Shown here piece after piece: positions 25,940 through 38,366 of a stretch of DNA of 64,000 bases; the stretch's first letter is position 1, and every line of letters starts with the position of its first letter. Origin of the DNA: Sphagnum compactum (lineage: Eukaryota); contig OZ234493.1 in NCBI GenBank assembly GCA_965153455.1, positions 21,318,213 through 21,382,212 of the forward strand. The letters run 5' to 3'. The notes beneath the pieces were generated by a model that did no database searches, had not been told where the DNA came from, and saw only the letters and a program-made list of their open reading frames with translations. The position numbers and the translations under genes are program-made.

Positions 25940-26130
25940 AGAGGTGATGGCTCACTGGTATAGCCCCTTCTGGGACCACAAAAGGTCCTGGGTTCAAACC
26001 CAGTGGTGTGCAGGTGATGAAACTCCTCCTGCCAACTCTCTGCCAAAGAGCTTGACTTGCTTGTGCCAACAGCTTGTTAGGTTGGGTTTTGCTGGTGTGC
26101 TTAGCAAGAAACAAAAAAGAAACAGAAAAG
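25940..26130 (+). mobile_element. tRNA-derived SINE-like element
   Basis: A-box-like TGGCTCACTGG (25948-25958) and B-box GGTTCAAACCC (25991-26001) inside a CTGGG/CCCAG T-arm-like stem. About 100-bp body, then an A-rich tail at 26106-26130. No full cloverleaf and no clear TSD. Confidence 0.55.
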
Positions 26131-29100
26131 CTAATAAGGGGGGCTTGGGGAATAAGCCTTCTCATTTAGATACTTAGCTTGGATACTACTCAAGCCCCCC
26201 CCCCCCCCCCCCCAAACACCTCTCTCACACATAAGGGGTGGCTTGGAAAGCAAGCTGCCATGAGGGTCCACAAAAGCAATTAGTTGTCCATGGTAGGTAT
26301 ATCTAAGTTATTTCCTGTCATGTGGTGGTGGTAAAAATATTTTTTAAAAAATTATTATTATTATTTTGAAGTGGAACCTTGGTCCCTTATGTGTTGGATT
26401 TTATATTACAATTATTTGCCTCAAATTTATTGGTAGAATTTCATCCCAATAAAAATCTTCACACAAGTAAGTTTTTCAAAACAAAATATTTCTACCAAAT
26501 TGCACATTTTTAAGGGGGATTTGTAGGATTTGAACCTGGTTTCCTTTGTTCTTGGTAAGTCATTTTGGCTTCTTCTAGAAACTCATTCGTTAATGAAAAT
26601 ATAATATTGCCCCTAGAGTCTATAGCCTAGGCACTATATCTTCTTCTCTCATTCATTCGTGAAAGAAAATAAAAATTTGAGAAAGAAATAATAATAGGAA
26701 AAAAAGGTTTGGACCTTTGGGTTGAAGGGGACAATTCTAACCATTGCAACACAATTATTTTTTAAAATGATTCTGCAAGAAAGATATTTAAAGCATTCAT
26801 CATAGTTTGAGTGCAATTACAAAAATTTCAAAAATAATTTCCTTGTTGGGCATTATTTTGCAAATATGTTGAGCATGATGGTGGGTTTAGTTCATTGCTC
26901 TTGTTTAATGCTTGTTATTGTTAAGGGGGTCATTAGTACAAATGAATAGTAAACATATTAGTTAGAGTATTGGTTGGAATAGTAGCTATTAATTTGAATT
27001 ACAATATTTTGGAAGGAAAAATTTCAATACTTACTTCTTGAACATTTTTAAAACATGTTTTGTATTCTTTTTGGTTTGGATTGGTGAAACTTCATTTCAA
27101 AAGTGAGAACACATCTAAGGCAAATAAAACATTGGGATTGAAATTTCTTCTAGGATCAATTAATCTTTTTCCCCCTTTTTCCTTTTAGAATTTGTTCATT
27201 TTCATTATTTTTATTTTGTTCTTAATTTGATAGAATTGGAGCTCAATATCACCAGTTTCAAGCACATTATAGATATTTCTACTGTATATCAAAGGTTGTT
27301 CCCATATTTCAACATTAATAAAAATTCATTAAAACCTCGGCATTTTCCCAACTTCTCTTTATTTTTAAATTTTTCACAACAATTGTAAATTCATGATCCC
27401 CAATTTATGAAATTATGTTTTGAACACCAATTTTAAAAAGTGATTTCATATGATTTCCAAAATTAGACTGGACAACAAAACCAAATTTTAATTTGTTGGA
27501 CTTTCCAACATATAGAAATTTGTGTAGATCCTTAAAATGGAATTATATATACTAAAAGGTGATTTATGCATTATGATTTAAATTTCTCTAGGTGTTATCT
27601 TTTGATAAATTATTTTGAAACTCTTTGACCAAATCAAATCAATATATTGACAAGTGTGTTATTTTATAGAAAGTTGAGTTTTAATCCATTTGATCAAGAA
27701 TCATTTCCCAATTGGTTTCATGATGATTTCAATCTACTATCAATATTGTGAGGATGTTTTAAGTTTCAATATATTCATTTTTTTCATATTTAACATGACC
27801 ATGTTGGATTTAATGTGATTTGAAAATTGGAATGTGTGCATGAAAGTCATGGACCAAAACTATCAAACTAATGATCATTCATACATTCATTCATTTATTT
27901 TCATACCAGTGAAATTGAAACCTTTTTAAACCTCAATTTAAATCTCAATGAGCTTCACATATTACCATCAAAATTGTTTACACATGATTCAAGTAAGATT
28001 TGCATAATGTGTATATTTCAGATAAATCAATTTAGCATAATTCATGATCATTACCTATCATGTTTTGAATTTGGGTCAAGGTTAAAGCTTCTAATGTTGG
28101 CATGGCTTTTTTGATGTTGTAGAAAATTGAAAGGATTCATTATGCAATCCATTTCCATATAATTTGTCAAGTTTTTCAAATTTGCCAATTTTGTAAGATG
28201 TTTGAATAAATGTGAAGAATTGATGTTGAATTATTTGGCTTGATATACAATAACAAGTTTAACATATGAAAATTCAATTTTTTTGTTTTTATAACCTCAA
28301 CATATGGAGTTATACTTGAAGATCTTGGCGCTCAAGTAACTTATGTTATGAACCATGTTTGTAGAAAACTTGACAACAACAACTTCAATGTGACCCTCTA
28401 TGTTAAAGGTATTGCATGATTGGGTTAGAACATTGGATTTACCAACCATTTACAACTCTTGAATGTTTGAGCCAACAATATAATTTGAATACCAAAAATG
28501 CTTTCTTAATGATATCACAAACATTATCATTATATTGATGCGAATATGTTCCATATGCAAATTGATTTTATCTTTTGAAAGATCTCATTCATATGCTTTC
28601 TTATTTTATATATATATATACATCTAAGGTTTTTCATTTTAACATCTAATGTAATCATAAAGTATATTATGTTATTTTACATTTTTAAAACCCTATATAA
28701 ACTTTTTACTTCAATTTATAAGCTCAAAAACCCTTATTGATTTAACCAACAAAAGATTAATTGGTGAATACAAGCACTTTGATTAAAAGTGATTTGGTCA
28801 AATTTGGTCAATTACATTTCGGATATATTTGGCACTAATCATATAATATTAATATTGGTTGCATGCAATTTTATGAATTGTCATATTTACACTAATGTTA
28901 ATTCATATATGTAAAGTTTTTCATTTGGTATTTGATCATATTGGTGAATCATTCTAAGAGCAATAATTAATTAAATGTTTTTAGTACAATGACATTAGTT
29001 AAAGGGCAACTACTAAATGTGTCACAAGTTTCCACCATAAAGTATAACTACAAACTTATTTATCAAGTTGTTTTCGCTTTAAAAGACTAAGCCAATGAAA

Positions 29101-31599
29101 TATTTAATTATTTGATCTTATTCTTCTTCATTAAATAATGCAAATATTGTTTGAGAAACCAAAATAAGGTTTAGAATGACTTGTATGCATGTCAATGGTC
29201 ATAAGACATTTTTTTGGGTAAATAAATTTGCAGATCCATATATATTCACAAACTTTTAACTTATCTCTTTGGTAAAAGTTGTTATTTCCAATAATAGACA
29301 ATACATGACAAAATGTTCAATGAGTGATCATATTTTTTACAACCATTGATGTTGCTACTCTATTACTTATGGTTGCCATTAATGGTTGGATATTTTGGAA
29401 AGTTAAATAAAACAATCATTACAAGCTTGTCCAAATTTAACAAAGTAAGAGAAAAATACTAATTTGATTCATGCAACATTGTCATTGACATTTTTTTTGC
29501 ATGAGGCAATAATGAGATGACAACAAAGTCACAACACCACAAGGAGTAGTAGCACATAACTTTGCTACAATCACAACGCAGTTTCAACATTTCATGGTAT
29601 AGAAGTTTCATGTTCACTCCTTCTAGATGTTATTTTGAGTTTTCATTGTTACTCTAGTAATAAGGCCAAAACAAAAAGGGATATTTTTTCATCATATTTC
29701 ATTTCAAATCACTTTGGATCATTAACTTACATAGTTTTGACTTTTTTAATGACTTTGATAACATTCATGCCAACAAAGCAAAATGGTGATCTAGGGTCAT
29801 TTGACTACACCAAGGAAGAACATTGGACTGTGGCTATCAAGTCCCATGATGTTGCATCCAAATTTGGGACACCAAAGCACCAAACCTCAATTGATAATGT
29901 AGAACAAAACAAATTTCCTCAAGTGGTTTGGTTACAATAGTGGTGCCTTTATTATTATTTAATGTGAATGCCAATTAAGATTGCATTTGACAGTTACCTT
30001 TGTGCTTTAACATCCATCCATGTAATATTAAATTGTTTATATTCACAAGCAATTCATGCAGAAACTACAACTAGTCCATGAGCTCCATACTACCAACAAG
30101 ATAGTTAAAACATGCAAGCTAGTGATGACACTATGGAAGTAGAGAGAAAAGAGGAAACAAAAGAAATGCCTTGGTTTTACTCACAATTAAACAAAAGACG
30201 AACATTATCATGAACCTACTACCTCTTGGAATACATAGATCATGATGCATAGGTCAAAGAGGAAATTTCTTATACCTACTTATAATATGCGTAAGATTTT
30301 TCATTTGTACAATCCTTCCACACTTAATTTGACAAAAAATGGTATCATTCTTTTTTTGTGTTTTTATCAAACTCTAATATATGATATATATTTGTTTGAA
30401 ATGTAACCAATTCTTTTGCTAGGTCAATTAAAAGGGGCACACAAAGGATATCACAAAACTATCATAAAGGTCACATGAATTGAAAGCCTTATTAGTCATA
30501 CCTTAGATTGATTATGATAGGGATAACATTTAAGATGCATTTTACATGCTTGGAACCAATGATGTGTTACAATAGTGACATGATGGATAAAATTATTTTT
30601 TCACAAAAATAAATCAATTGATCGTCACTAGTAGTGCAAACAATAAAAAGTTCAAGTTGTAATAAGTAATGTTATAGAAATTGTAATTGAGAACATTTGT
30701 TTAATAGGTACAAGTATTTGTTAAAACTATGGTTTTTGTTTGTGTTCAATTGTTTTAGAGATTGTGATTTCAAATGATGTTAGTTTCATATAAGGAGAGA
30801 TCCAAATTTTCATGCAAGTTACCATATGGATGCCTCCAATTATCACTATTCGCATACACATAAACCACACAACATAAAATTGTTTTAAATGGCCCATCAC
30901 TTACAACTTTTATCCATTATGTCACTATAGTAACATAAATCTGCTCACCTACAAACTATAGGAATCCAAGCCCAAAACACACAAACAAAACCCACATACC
31001 AATGTACACAAACAAAACTAAAAACAAAAAATATTTGCAACAACACATTTCACACATGTTATGTAATTTTAAATCACCAAAAGTGATTTGAAAACACACA
31101 ACTTGGTATTATATCCCAAACACAAAATAACTTTACCCCTATTCCCACTTGAACCGATTCCAAACTAAAACACAATTAAGTATATTAATCTAACTTAATA
31201 TTAATTTCATTATGACTTAATTTGGCAACTAAATGAACATTTTTGACAACTATTGTGTGTTACCATATCAATGCTTCAAATTATTATTGCGCACACACAC
31301 ACACGAACCAAATAACATATAATCATCTTAAATTGCCATCAATCTTGTTCAAATTGCTCCCTTATTTGGGGCTAAGGTCCCTTTGAATCAAATAACCATA
31401 TAAGAAATTCCTTACATAAATCCATTCAGAGTGAACACTTTGGTTTTAAGGTGAAAAGATCAATAAGTTGGGTGCAAATGTGAACCCCATTATTAGTCAC
31501 CTAATTATAATCCCCCCAAATTGTTTGCCAAAGGTGAATCATCATGGGAACAAACTTAGGATATTCTTATTATTCAATTACAAAAATAATTACCTAGGT

Positions 31600-33300
31600 T
31601 TACATAGTGCACCATGGGCAAAACCATTTTGACTGGTATTTCTTTCCGTGGTGGTGTAAGACATCCCATATACCAACCTTTGAACATTTATCACAAATCA
31701 ACATAATGGCAACCTTCATAGATTGCCCACACAACATACAATATAATCTAGTGGGAACAATTACCAAAGACAAGTGAACTTGACCATCAATATGCAAAAG
31801 ATGACATGATGCATAATTACATACATGATCTTTCCATATTTGACCATCTTGTCTTTCCCCATCTTGTCCCTCCAATAAGAACACTTTAGAACGTAACACC
31901 TTTGGGTTGTTGCAAAATAAGGTGGATCATTTTTCGTGTCATGTTATTATTTTTTGCAAAATGTCATGCTTTTAACATGCCATAAAATCATCATTATGCA
32001 AAAAATTTCATTGGATTAAAATTTTCAACTTGAAAAAGAAAAAATCCATATAAAAAATTGCAAGATATATACATGAAATATAAAGTAATGGATTTTTGAA
32101 ATTGAAGAATATGGATCAATCTTCTGTCTATGGTTTTATATGAGTACATTTTTTTTTATGGAATTTGTTTGGGATATCTTTATAAAGACTCAATATATGA
32201 TTTATAACAACCAAAAAAATCTAGATGCAAAATTTTTGTTATAAAAAACTTAACTCAAAAAAAGTTATGAACTTTTGAAATTTTTGAAATGAACCTTTTT
32301 GATAATCATTTTTGATAGATTTCATTTTTTTGTCTTAACAGGTATGTTAAGAAATGATCTAATTTGGCTTTTATTTTCATAATTTTTATTAATTCATTAA
32401 TCACCTTGTAATCCCCCATTTAAGTAATGATATTAGAATAAATTGTCATTCCTTTTTATGGACTATTTATTCACCAAAATTAGTCCACCTTATTTTGGTA
32501 CCACCCCTCTTGCACTCACAAAATGATATGCCATGTAGTCACATCGAAGGTGGTTGATGTTGGCCACTATAGGTACACATAATTTCTCAATCCAAATTTA
32601 GAGACTCAAGGTTGATAACCACCTCCATGAATAATGGCATAACGAAATGTATTTCAATGATAATTCATTGTCAAAAATTCTTGCCATGAACAATACACAT
32701 AAAAACAAAGTTCTTTGTTGTTCACACATCTGAAACCACATATTTGGATTGTCCAAATTGATAATTATTAGTTCAAGATCATGGCCAAACAATAAGAAGT
32801 AAGGTGAGAATGATGCAAAAAAAAACTTGTTAATTGAATTTATACCTCATAGTTAACCATGGTAGTTGTGTAGTCTTTAGTATGGCCCTTTTGAAGCCCA
32901 TACTTATGCAAACTTCACTTTATCATCGGCACCATTTGTTCAACTAATATGTCTGCCTTATTATAATTTTTGTTGGAATGTTAAACCTAATAAAGACCTT
33001 ATCTAGAAATGCAGAGGTAGATCCTTTAATGTTGTGATATGATAATGGCACCAACTTTAGCAACTTTAAGAATTGTTCGATCATACCCAAAACATATTAA
33101 TTATGTCATACTATCAAACTTAGTTTTCACATTCATCACCTATTTTTTTTGTCCAAAGTCCCATGCCATAATTGGATAGCTTGTGCTTCTATGCCTCCTT
33201 GTGTCATAATGATCAATTTTTTCATCTGCATGTATGCCTCCCACATGTTTTCATGTGCCTTACATTGAAATTCTTGCAAATTATGTAGCTTTTCCATCTA
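31600..33300 (-). mobile_element. Decayed Ty3/gypsy integrase region with C-terminal PHD finger, split by a MITE
   Basis: Minus-strand fragments YVLGMIEQFLKLLKLVPL...AFLDKVFIRFNIP, LVEQMV..IK.SLHKYGLQKGH, QLPWLTMRYKF...SFSPYFLMFG (integrase core). Then VFLLEGQDG..WKDHV, CMLC..MLICDKC...KWFCPWC (PHD). Confidence 0.75.
31904..32506. mobile_element. Non-autonomous DNA transposon (GGG...CCC termini, 4-bp TSD CTTT/CTCT)
   Basis: TIRs of about 30 bp: GGGTTGTTGCAAAATAAGGTGGATCATTTT versus the reverse complement GGGTGGTACCAAAATAAGGTGGACTAATTTT. Removing it plus 4 bp restores the integrase reading VQEVL. Confidence 0.8.
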
Positions 33301-35479
33301 GACCCCTTAATAATTTCTTTGTATTTTTTGGAAGAATTCCAAATCATGGTTGAATGGTGATAAATTTTTTTGTCCATTTGTGTAAGGGCTACCATTTATG
33401 GTGGTTATACCAATGATGCCAACCACCCATGGATATTGATGAGGTACCTTGGTGGCTACGTAAAATTCATCCATGTCGCACAACAATACTGAAATAATTT
33501 ATAATTATTTGGTAACATAATTCAAATCCAAATTTGAGGATTCCCTTATTGATGATGGTGGTGTAGGTGGTTAGAATTGAACCTTTCACCTTGTAAACCC
33601 ATTGATATTCAAAATGCTCCTTGTTTTCAAATCCCTTAACACTTTTATAGTGATATCTATCCTTAAACCTTAATTTCCAAACCCTAATTCCAAGGAATGT
33701 TAAACTTGTGGGCTTAATTAAACCTTATGCATGACATTTGCACCCAACAAAAACAATCTGCAAGGCCGAACAAACTTGGGGCCTACTCTCGACACAACAA
33801 ATGACGATTTACCAACCATCAACATGGTACACCACCATAATAATCAATGGATTGATATGGACATCACCTCTAGATGTAATTTGCAATAACACAAATCTTT
33901 TACAACCTAACCTTGTTAAACCCTAATTGCTATGTTTGGGTAGATTAAGAGTCAAGTAGAACTTACACAATGGTCAAAATTGGTGTGTACCTTTGTCCCA
34001 TGCCCAATCGTTAATCACCCCAATTATAATTTCAAGGTCATTTTGATAGTTAGCACACATGGGGTGGTTCATAGCTTTTCACCTTGAGTTTCCCATTGTG
34101 AAATATGAACAAGTTTTTGAAAGATCAACCTATGATCATGTGCTTGTTTTTTTAGGTTGTAGGCCAATTTTATATCACTCAACAAATTCCCATGCCTCCT
34201 AAAAATAAATGATAGCTCAACCAACATAATGATAAAAAATAAACACATAAGCCAATAATATAAGATACCCATTTAAATTAATTTTTTTGGAAAATTTTGG
34301 CAAAAATTCAAATATTGATGACCTGACCTTTTTGGTTTATTGATGACATGACATTCCACCACATTTGGGTTATAGGAATGGATACTTTTTGGCACAAGTG
34401 CCAAGCTGTTGAAAATTTAACCAAATTAACTTAATGCACACCACCTTTCAGGCCCTATATAAACCTTTAAAAAGTCTTTGTTTCTAGATGGACATAAATC
34501 TTCCGCATGCAAGTAGTTTTTCTCTCTAAGAACCCAAGGTGCAAAAATCACATTAAAATTGACAACATATTGTGGGAGATATAAATATCCAAAAAATTAT
34601 TTTTTTCCTTCATGTCATTTTGATCATTTCATGACATGATATGGTGACATGTTTGGTTATAGGTTAAAAATGTCCGAACTTTTTTAAATAATAATTTTTA
34701 GTTCAATAATTAAACCATTATTTGACAATAGGTTAGATGAAAAATTCACATCCAAATTATGGATGAATTTTTTTTCTCAAAATGGATTAAAAAATGATGA
34801 AAAATAAAAGAAGAAGAAGAAAGACAAATATCATGTTTGGATTGATCCCAAAACTTGTTTCTAGGTTTGAGAATTAAAAATAAATAAAAATAAAAAGAGA
34901 AGTTTGGATGGATCCTTGGCCTTCTTTATCCTGAAGCTCCCTTGAGCCTCACAAGCTTCCCAAGCCCACCAAGTTGAAAAAGCTTGAGCTCAAATAATAA
35001 TGGCATCACCAAGCTCTACTCATTGCAATGCTTGCTTCCTTCTACCCCTCCTTCTTGTTGGTTGTAGTTGCACTTGGTTCTTTTGGCATGGTGTGTGAGA
35101 ACAACAATGAAGAAGATGAAGAGGAATCCTCCCTCACCTTTTTCTTACTTTTATTGTTCAATACAAATTGATGGAAGCTCAAGTTCCTATTGTTGGTGAT
35201 GGTGGTATAATCTCATGTTGCTATTGCTTTAACAGTTGTTGTTTAGGATGATGACAATTGCCAACAACAAGGGGGCGGTGCCCCCGCTTGCCTTTGCTTC
35301 TTGTTAAACATAGACCTGTCGATGATTGTTGCGTCTTATGTTGATGTTGGCCAATGGCAACATTATTTGGGAAACTTTTTCAGATTGATAAAAAGGCCTT
35401 AGTTGCAACTTTTATTAATTGCAAACTTGAAAACAAACCAAAATGCACACATCACAAAACACAATTACCTACATAATTC

Positions 35480-36340
35480 TTGTAGAGATAATGGGCCCTT
35501 GGCTTTTTGCCTCAAGGCCTATTGTTTCAAAAACAACCTAGGCTTGGGCCATTTAGGAAATACCAAAAAAACCATACTAGAGATGACTTTAAGATGAGGC
35601 CAATATGTTAAAAATATTTTGACCCTAAGCTCAGATACCATAAATGATTCTAATCTTAAGCCAAAATGTTGAAAAATATATTAACCCTAAGCCAATATGC
35701 TTGAAAATATTCTAACATTAAGCCAAATGCCCAAGCCAAAGTGTGCTTTGGCTGGGGTTAAACTTCACGGTTTAAGGTTTAACACTAGACCAAAACACAT
35801 TGATTTTTACCTCATTTTTGGAATTTTATGGCGTATGGTTATTTCATATTGGTCCCAAGGGACATTGAGTTAACCATCTTTCCAAGACATTTGTCTTAGG
35901 ATGTTCATAAGACTTTGGGCCTATGGCCTAAGGTTCTTTGCTTAGGGTGCTCATAACATTTTTGGTTTACAATGGTCATGGAACTTTTGGCTTTAACATC
36001 TTTACAAGACATTTAGCTTAACGCACTCATAGGACTTTTGGCTTAATGCCTTTACAAAAGAAATTCAGGCTTCAAGTTCAGGGTAACATCTTAAGCCAAT
36101 TGTCCTAAGCCATTGCTGAAATTTGGCTTGAAATCCTCAAGTCCTTAGGGCCTTTGGACCTTTAAAGTCCTAGGCTTCTAAAGATATCAGGTCCTAAAAC
36201 ATCAGGCCTTAGGGTATGAAAGCCAATGTCCTTAGGTCCAGGTCCCCTGCCTTCTTAAAAACTTAGGTTTTTTAATAGGTCTTGGGGTTGAACCCTAAGA
36301 CAAATGAATGGAGTCTAGGACTTATGATACCTGTCCTTAT
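35480..36340. repeat. Array of degenerate ~30-bp units in opposing orientations (foldback/subterminal-repeat-like)
   Basis: CCAAWATGYT...AATAT....CCCTAAG units at 35600-35730. Reverse-oriented GGCTTA/CTTAGG units at 35880-36060. Dense CCTAAG/CTTAGG throughout. Confidence 0.45.
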
Positions 36341-36859
36341 GGCTCTTTTTGTATTCCATACCCATTACCGTACACTTAACCTACTGCACTTTCCACACCT
36401 CCTTCCTTGCGAGGAAGGTGCCAGGAAGGTGCCCGGGAAGTTCTTTAGTTCGTTTCGAGTACGAGCTTGAACTCAGCTTTGAAGGAAAAAATCAAGATTA
36501 AAGAACCACTGGTTCCGGGTATTTAAAAACTCAAAGAACTGCCGGGTTTTCATGAACAGACCTGGCCACTAAGGGGAGGGTAGGTGACCACCTACTTGAA
36601 AAGTCCCAAGAAAAATTGAGAGCCACGATATCGATCAAGTTCCGGGTATTTGAGTGCCTTGAGAGCCGTGACTACCGACCCCGATAACCTCTAAGATACC
36701 CGTACGAGGGGTTGTCAACAGAGAAGTCGGATGAGAACCTCCCTGATGCGCAGTAGTCTCTAATAACCGGCCAACAGTGGTGGATTCGTGTAGGAGGTGG
36801 AAGGTGTCCAAGTGCCGGGCAATCCAAATGACGAGCAGTTGAGAACGAAGCTTCTTGAC

Positions 36860-37678
36860 CGTGTTCAAAATTAGGGTTCCGTTCGCACTCTCTTGCACTG
36901 TCGTTAAGGTCGATCCATTGTCCATCCCTCTTCATTCCTTTGTCTTCACTCGTCTCTCGCGCTTCTCTCGTCCGTGTCTCTCATTTCTTTTCTCTTCTTT
37001 CCTCTCCTCTCCTCTTCTCTTCTCTTCTCTTCTGACAAGGATTTCTTCTGCTAGCAATAGAGTTCGTTTCCTATACTCGCATCTTCAGGGGAGGCTTTTT
37101 TCGGAGGAGACTTTTCGTCTACAGCTCCAGACTGTTTTCATCGGCTCCAGGTTATCTTCCGCGACCTTTTCGGGGTGCTATTTTTTTTTTGTTGTGGTTT
37201 TGATTATCTTTGCGAAACCGCTTGGATTTCTTGCTCTGTTTTGCTTTGATCGTCACTTTTTGTTGTTTTGTTTTTTTTGAGTATTGTTTGTCTGTCCTTC
37301 TGTCTGTCTGTCTCTCCTGGCATGGGGGATGGCCAGAACAATAGCGGTTGAGACCCCAGATGTGTTTCGACGTTATGAGATCGTCTTACTGATTGTGCTG
37401 ATAATCAGGCATTCTTCTGCGATAGTGTTTTCTTTCAAATTGTAGGAGATCTGCAGATTAGGGATCGGCCTCATGCCAAGTTTGTGCTGCTTTTGTCCGT
37501 CTCCTAGAGGCAGAATCTTCACGAGGATCCCCTAGACTCCACTTCTTTTTGTTTCCAGTTTCTTGTTTCTGCTACGAATTGACTCAAGGAAACGAATTGT
37601 GGGGCGTGCAGATTACGAGCACATCCAATTGGACCTATCCAATTTTGTGTTGGCGAGTTGCTTGAGTTTCTTTTGTAG
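36860..37678 (+). promoter_or_regulatory. Probable 5' UTR and leader intron of the NFXL1-like gene
   Basis: CT-rich tract at 36920-37035, telo-box-like TAGGGTT at about 36872, and acceptor TTTTGTAG ending 37678, 3 nt before the ATG. Confidence 0.5.
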
Positions 37679-37681
37679 GGC

Positions 37682-37960
37682 ATGGCCACATATCAAGTGG
37701 GTGAGCCCACACCAATATCTAGTGACAGAGATGGTAGGAATTTCAGGAGAGTGGAGAATGACAGATTCTTTGCGGGAGGGGCAGATGTGCTGTATAGTCC
37801 TAGGCTTACGGGAGAAGCTGCATTGCACTCAAGCATGACTGGACGAGGCAGCTCTTCAGCACCTTCTGGAGATGTCCGTGTTATAGATCAGCAAGCAATG
37901 GGCTCAAGGCCAGCTGAATCTAGGAACCAACGGGCTGGAGCAAGGTCATCTAGATCTGAG
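37682..37960 (+). CDS. NFXL1: NF-X1-type zinc finger protein, coding exon 1
   Basis: ATG 37682, 93 codons, donor GAG|GTATGG in phase 0 matching the phase-0 acceptor at 38366. The sequence is low-complexity, so support is from splice logic rather than homology. Confidence 0.7.
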
Positions 37961-38366
37961 GTATGGTTGTGTATCCAAGTACACTTAGGAGGACAATTGA
38001 CTTCCTGAGATGTCTGAGAGTTAGGCTTCAGGATTGAGTTCTAGGCTAACGTGTTTTAAGGTGGGGGATATTGGCTTGAATTCTGAGAATTCTGCCAAGC
38101 GAAATGTTAAATTCAAACTTTGCAGCATGAGATTTTTCCTTTCCTAACCTGCACATGGCTGTGGATAGACAAGCAATGAGGGCCAGAGGATCTTTGTTTG
38201 GAACAAGAATTCCATTACCAGTTAGAATGATTCTCTCAGGGTACTCACTTTTATTGTCAGATTGTTACAGGTAATTGCTGAGAGGTACTATTGTTGTGTA
38301 GGAAATTTTGTGCATCACTGGGTTGATGCCTTCTGCTGAGTTGGATTACCTTAAATCTCTTTGCAG

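Noticed and set aside
25940-26010. Functional tRNA gene
   Set aside because: No acceptor or anticodon stem can be formed and the T-loop geometry is off by one. Treated as a SINE head instead.
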